DNA of 64,000 nucleotides from Clarias gariepinus (Eukaryota): NCBI RefSeq assembly GCF_024256425.1, contig NC_071110.1, positions 2,727,451 to 2,791,450 of the forward strand, read 5' to 3'. Shown piece by piece: positions 59,144 to 64,000 of this stretch (position 1 is its first letter; each line of letters starts with the position of its first letter). The notes under the pieces were generated by a model. It saw only the letters and a program-made list of their open reading frames with translations, ran no database searches and was not told where the DNA came from. The position numbers and the translations under genes were made by a program.

Positions 59144-60064
59144 ATGTCGGTTGTGTCTCTGCCTCTGTGTGCAGGTGAGGAGACACTGGAGCTGCAGTCG
59201 GTGGACTTTGTGATGGAGGCCGTGGAGAAGCTGATCCGCGACCTACAGGTGAAGCTGGCCCGGCTACAGCAGCGGAAAGCCACGCTGGAATCGTCATGGA
59301 CCGACGCTCACCTGTCCCAGGTAAATTCTCGGCATGAAAATTCTCCGACAACCTCTACCCCGCGTGCTTCTCTGCCCAGGTCCAACGCACCGAGGACGCA
59401 GCCCACCCAGGTTTTCTTCACCCCGGCGCCGGGATACCACGAGGCCTGGATACTGCAGCAGCGGAAGACACGCGCCAAGCCCCGGGCGAGGACCTCGCCT
59501 CCTCCGCCACCACCAGTCTTCGAGATCTCAACCCGAAACCGCTTCGCTCCTCTCCACGAGACGGCACACGACGCGTTGGTCATCGGAGACTCCATCGTCC
59601 GGCACGTGCGTGCTACCACGGCTAAAGGTAAGGCGTACACTCTCTGTTTACCTGGTGCACGTGTTCTTAATGTTGCTGCACAGGTGCCTGCGGCCCTGAG
59701 GAAGAACATTCGAGCTGTGGTTCTTCATGCTGTCACGAACGACATCAGGCTGAGGCAGACGGAGATCCTTAAGAAGGACTTCAGGAGCCTGGTTGAGAAG
59801 GTCCGCAGCACATCACCCACGACAAAGATCGTCGTATCTGGACCACTTCCGACATTTCAGAGAGGAATCGAGAGGTTCAGTAGATTATTTGCCTTTAATG
59901 AATGGTTACAATCTTGGTGTCAACAACAGAGATTACCCTTTGTTGATAACTGGAATGTTTTCTGGGAGCGTCCTAGGCTCTACCACACTGATGGCCTGCA
60001 CCCTAGCAGAGCTGGAGCAGCGGTCCTCTCTGACAACATCTCCAGGACATTACGAACCATCTGA
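59144..60064 (+). CDS. L2 ORF1 with esterase domain (SGNH/GDSL-like)
   Basis: The motifs are VIGDSIVRHV…, …TNDI… and …YHTDGLHPS…, which are catalytic-type motifs. This is a known feature of CR1/L2 ORF1 proteins. Confidence 0.8.
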   Translation: MSVVSLPLCAGEETLELQSVDFVMEAVEKLIRDLQVKLARLQQRKATLESSWTDAHLSQVNSRHENSPTTSTPRASLPRSNAPRTQPTQVFFTPAPGYHEAWILQQRKTRAKPRARTSPPPPPPVFEISTRNRFAPLHETAHDALVIGDSIVRHVRATTAKGKAYTLCLPGARVLNVAAQVPAALRKNIRAVVLHAVTNDIRLRQTEILKKDFRSLVEKVRSTSPTTKIVVSGPLPTFQRGIERFSRLFAFNEWLQSWCQQQRLPFVDNWNVFWERPRLYHTDGLHPSRAGAAVLSDNISRTLRTI

Positions 60065-60160
60065 CTGGCGGTAAGTCATACCTCAGATTCTTTAGATATC
60101 AGCCACAATACAACCCACCATACTAATAGACGCACACACATAGCTTGTACTATAGAAACT

Positions 60161-61828
60161 GTGTTTGTTCCCCGAATAGTGAGAAAAAAGAATAAATTCG
60201 TTAAATCCAGCCGAAACAATCTGGTAACCATTAAACCAGAAAAAGGCCATATAAGTAATCGAAGTCTACCTCTAAAGTTTGGACTTCTCAACATAAGATC
60301 CCTTGCGCCTAAAGCACTTATTGTTAATGAAATGGTATCAGATTATTGCCTTGACGCACTCTGCCTCACTGAAACCTGGCTTAAACCAAATGAATATATT
60401 GGTCTGAATGAGTCTATTCCGTCAGGATATTTTTATAAGCATGAGCCCCATCTAACTGGTCGCGGTGGTGGTGTCGCCACTATCTACAAAGATGTACTCA
60501 CTGTTACTCAGAAAATAAGGCCCAGGTTTAATGAATTTGAAGTGCTCGTCATTAATGTTGCACTTAATGAAATACATAATAAACCCACGCTATATTTTAC
60601 TCTGGCCACCGTGTACAGACCCCCAGGGCCATATGCCGATTTTCTTAAAGAATTTGGACATCTGCTATCAGACCTAATTGTTAATTCTGACAAAGTGTTG
60701 ATAGTAGGTGACTTTAACATTCATGTAGATGATGCTAACGACACTTTAGCCCTCGCAGTTATGGACTTACTAAATTCCTTTGGGGTTAAACAAAATATAA
60801 ATGGATCAACTCACCGCTGTAATCATACACTAGATTTAAATATAACTCATGGTAAAGATGTCTCTAATATAGAGATTTCACCTCAAAGTGATGATGTCAC
60901 AGATCATCACCTCCTGATATATACTCTACCCGTAGAACAGATTAGCTGTGTTTCTCCCTGTTATCGATTTGTTAGAAATATGAATCCGACTACTAAAGAC
61001 AGATTCACAAGTTATCTGCCGGATCTGTCCCAAATTCTTATTAGACCCCTAAATGCAGACGATTTTGATGAAGTGACTAGCAGCATGGGTACTATTTTTA
61101 CCAGTACATTAGACACTGTTGCTCCCATCAGATTAAAAAAAGTCAGAGATAAAACACTTGCTCCTTGGTACAATAGTCATACTCGCGCCCTAAAGAGAGC
61201 AACCCGTAACATTGAGCGAAAATGGAGAAAAACTAAATTAGAAGTTTTTAGAATTGCGTTTAAAGACAGTATGTGCAGCTATAGACGGGCTCTAAAAACC
61301 GCTAGGACCGAGCATCTTAGCCAACTGATAGCAAGAAACCAAAACAATCTCAAGTTTTTATTTAGTACAGTAGCCCGCCTAACAAAACCTAAGATGCCTG
61401 CAGAGAGTACTCCACAACATTTTAGTAGTAAAGATTTTATGGACTTCTTTAATGAAAAAATCGATAGCATAAGGAAGAAAATAACAGAGGTTCAACCTCT
61501 AATAGCATCTCATGATCTAGTTCAGCCTAGAGCTTCACATTTAGATTTTCAGTGCTTTACAGGTATAGGACAGGAAGAGCTGTATAAACTTATCACCTCA
61601 GCTAAATCAACAACGTGCCTGTTAGACCCAATACCAACCAGATTTTTAAAAGAAGTGATGCTTACAGTTGGAGAGCCACTTCTAAACATTATTAATTCTT
61701 CATTATATCTAGGTCATGTCCCTAAACCTTTGAAGCTAGCAGTTATTAAGCCGCTTCTTAAAAAATCTAATTTGGATGTGAATGAAATAACAAATTACAG
61801 ACCGATTTCAAACCTTCCGTTCATATAA
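60161..61828 (+). CDS. L2 ORF2 N-terminal part (AP-endonuclease plus start of RT)
   Basis: It carries …LNIRSL…LCLTETWL… (endonuclease) and …YRPISNLPFI (RT). It ends in a stop that is not shared by intact copies. Confidence 0.8.
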   Translation: MFVPRIVRKKNKFVKSSRNNLVTIKPEKGHISNRSLPLKFGLLNIRSLAPKALIVNEMVSDYCLDALCLTETWLKPNEYIGLNESIPSGYFYKHEPHLTGRGGGVATIYKDVLTVTQKIRPRFNEFEVLVINVALNEIHNKPTLYFTLATVYRPPGPYADFLKEFGHLLSDLIVNSDKVLIVGDFNIHVDDANDTLALAVMDLLNSFGVKQNINGSTHRCNHTLDLNITHGKDVSNIEISPQSDDVTDHHLLIYTLPVEQISCVSPCYRFVRNMNPTTKDRFTSYLPDLSQILIRPLNADDFDEVTSSMGTIFTSTLDTVAPIRLKKVRDKTLAPWYNSHTRALKRATRNIERKWRKTKLEVFRIAFKDSMCSYRRALKTARTEHLSQLIARNQNNLKFLFSTVARLTKPKMPAESTPQHFSSKDFMDFFNEKIDSIRKKITEVQPLIASHDLVQPRASHLDFQCFTGIGQEELYKLITSAKSTTCLLDPIPTRFLKEVMLTVGEPLLNIINSSLYLGHVPKPLKLAVIKPLLKKSNLDVNEITNYRPISNLPFI

Positions 61829-63770
61829 AAAATATTAGAAAAAGTAGAATCAGCTCAAATATGCACATTCTTGCAGGAAAACAACATCCTAGAAGAATTT
61901 CAGTCAGGTTTCAGGCCCCATTATAGTACAGAAACTGCACTAGTTAAGATTGCGAACGACTTGTTTTTAGCTTCAGACCAAGGCTGCATCTCAATACTAG
62001 TCTTACTTGATCTTAGTGCTGCATTCGACACCATAGATCATAATATTCTCATAGATCGCCTACAAAATCATATAGGTATTCAGGGGCAGGCATTAAAATG
62101 GTTTAGATCATGCCTGTCTGATCGATATCATTTTGTAGATCTAAATGGAGTTCCGTCTGATGTAATGCCAGTGAAATATGGGATCCCATAAGGGTCAGTT
62201 TTAGGACCTCTTCTGTTCTTAATTTACATGCTTCCCCTGGGAAACATCATTAGAAGGCATGGGATTAGTTTCCATTGTTATGCTGATGATACCCAATTAT
62301 ACATCTCAACAAAACCAGATGAAATACCCAAGTTGTCTAGATTAACCGAGTGTGTCCAGGACATAAAAGATTGGATGACCAATAACTTTCTTTTACTAAA
62401 TTCAGATAAGACAGAGATATTGCTCATCGGCCCAAAAACCAGCACACAACAGCTTTCACAATTCAGCCTGCGTTTAGAAGGATGTACTGTTACTACCAGC
62501 TCAACAGTAAAAGACCTGGGCGTGATATTAGACAGTAACTTGTCCTTTGAAAATCATATTTCCAATATCACAAAAACAGCCTTTTTTCATCTTAGAAATA
62601 TTGCCAAACTTAGGAGTACCCTATCCGTATCTGACGCAGAAAAGCTAGTTCATGCATTCATGACCTCCAGACTGGACTATTGTAATGCATGACTAGGTGG
62701 TTGTCCTGCATCCTCAATAAACAAGCTACAGTTAGTCCAAAATGCAGCCGCCAGGGTTCTCACTAGATCCAGAAAATATGATCATATAACACCTATATTA
62801 TCATCCCTGCACTGGCTACCTGTTCAATTTAGAATTAATTACAAAATAGTACTACTTACATACAAGGCTTTAAATGGTTTAGCTTCCACATACCTAACCA
62901 GTCTTTTAATACGCTATAATCCACCACGTCCCTTAAGATCACAAAACTCCAGACTTCTGGTAATTTCCAGAATTTTAAAATCTACAAATGGGGGCAGGGC
63001 ATTTTCATATTTGGCTCCAAAGCTTTGGAATAGCCTTCCAGACACTGTTCGGGGAGCAGACACGGTTTCCCAATTCAAAAGTAGACTCAAGACGCATCTC
63101 TTTAATCTGGCATACGCGTAACTCATCCCATAACCTCATACTCCAGTACACCTATTCTGAATGGCAACTACGCTAATTCTCTCCATCTTTTCTGTATTTT
63201 TCTACCCATCCCGAGGCATCTGAAGATTGTGCCAACTTTAGTAGACAAAGGCCAACCCTGCGAGGTTTCTAAGGCATCTTGAGAAGGACCTGCTCCAGCT
63301 GGATTCTGCTTTATGATGGCTGGAGCTACCATCCTGCTCCTGTGCTTCCAGTGATCCAGACCCCATCTGCCCTCTGCACCTACTGCTGCACTGAATCTAC
63401 ACAACTTCTGTTATATTGAACTTTCATCTGCACAACACACATGATGTTATTTCTATCTGTTATCACCCAGATGAGGATGGGTTCCCTGTTGAGTCTGGTT
63501 CCTCTCAAGGTTTCTTCCTATTGCCATCTCAGGAAGTTTTTCCTTGCCACTGTCGTCACCCTTGGCTTGCTCATCAGAGACATTTCATTCATCATTCATT
63601 CATTTCATTATTATCTAAACACATTTTTCTCACACATACACACTTCCAAATATTTTCTTTTCTTTTCTTTTCTAGAAAAAAAAAATTCTTAAATTTTTTG
63701 TGAAGCTGCTTTGAGACAATGACCATTGTTAAAAGCGCTATATAAATAAAATTGAATTGAATTGAATTAA

Positions 63771-64000
63771 TCCGGGGGTGATGCGATAGGGGCCGATGAA
63801 TCGGGGTGAAAGTTTCCGTGCCTCTGTATGGAGATGAAGATTCTTGGTCGATAACCATACCTTGAACCTACATGGTACAATCGTCCCGGAGGGTGTCGAC
63901 GACGATGTTGAGTGGTGTAGTGGGCGTTGGCCTGTTGGATGGCGTGGTTGGCTTGGCGCCACAGCCGTCGACACCGGCGGACCAACTGTTGGGCCGACGG
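63771..64000 (-). mobile_element. Gypsy pol fragment (continuation of the copy interrupted by the L2)
   Basis: It aligns to 43700..43960 of element 2; ORFs 63738..63985 on the minus strand are homologous to its pol. Confidence 0.7.

Larger units (their letters stand above)
58852..63770 (+). mobile_element. L2/CR1-clade LINE, near full length (5' UTR; ORF1 with esterase domain; ORF2 with endonuclease and RT, split by stops), inserted into a Gypsy copy
   Basis: ORF1 (59144..60064) has the GDSI and DGLHPS SGNH-esterase motifs. ORF2 (60161..61828) has the APE-type endonuclease and the RT N-terminus. RT pieces at 61871..62191 and 62228..62692 ([11 protein letters not shown]) follow. The 3' tail is …(ATTGA)n. 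Confidence 0.85.

Overview
This is a eukaryotic window, almost certainly teleost and very likely Danio rerio. The evidence is DANA-type SINE copies, Tc1-like elements, L2 LINEs whose ORF1 carries an esterase domain, and finTRIM-type TRIM exons. There are no prokaryotic features (no operons, CRISPR, rRNA or tRNA genes). The host content is a minus-strand finTRIM-like gene cluster (RING/B-box exon 1, 96-bp and 234-bp coiled-coil exons, B30.2/PRY-SPRY terminal exons). One copy looks intact at the start of the window. A second copy has a nonsense and frameshift mutation in exon 1, and its exons are spread over about 20 kb by nested transposon insertions. A third copy is truncated. Most of the remaining sequence is transposon-derived: two Ty3/Gypsy chromoviruses with 5-bp target-site duplications (one nested inside an L1-like LINE), an L2 LINE inserted into a third Gypsy fragment, Tc1 elements, SINEs, other LINE fragments, a 2.3-kb non-autonomous LTR unit carrying a proline-rich gag-like ORF with minisatellite expansion, and a near-perfect 1.18-kb tandem duplication. 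The most unusual object is a roughly 10.3-kb element (4611..14923) bounded by about 1.4-kb terminal inverted repeats. Each repeat carries sub-terminal tandem motifs, a TATA box and an identical 27-codon first exon ending in a GTAAGT splice donor pointing inward. The left copy of that exon splices in frame into an unknown protein of about 560 aa with a SAM-like N-terminus. On the other side sits a multi-exon gene for an HTH plus rve-type DDE integrase with a Cys/His-rich C-terminal exon. This looks like a large DNA transposon with promoters and first exons embedded in its inverted repeats, which is unusual. Its family cannot be assigned from sequence alone.
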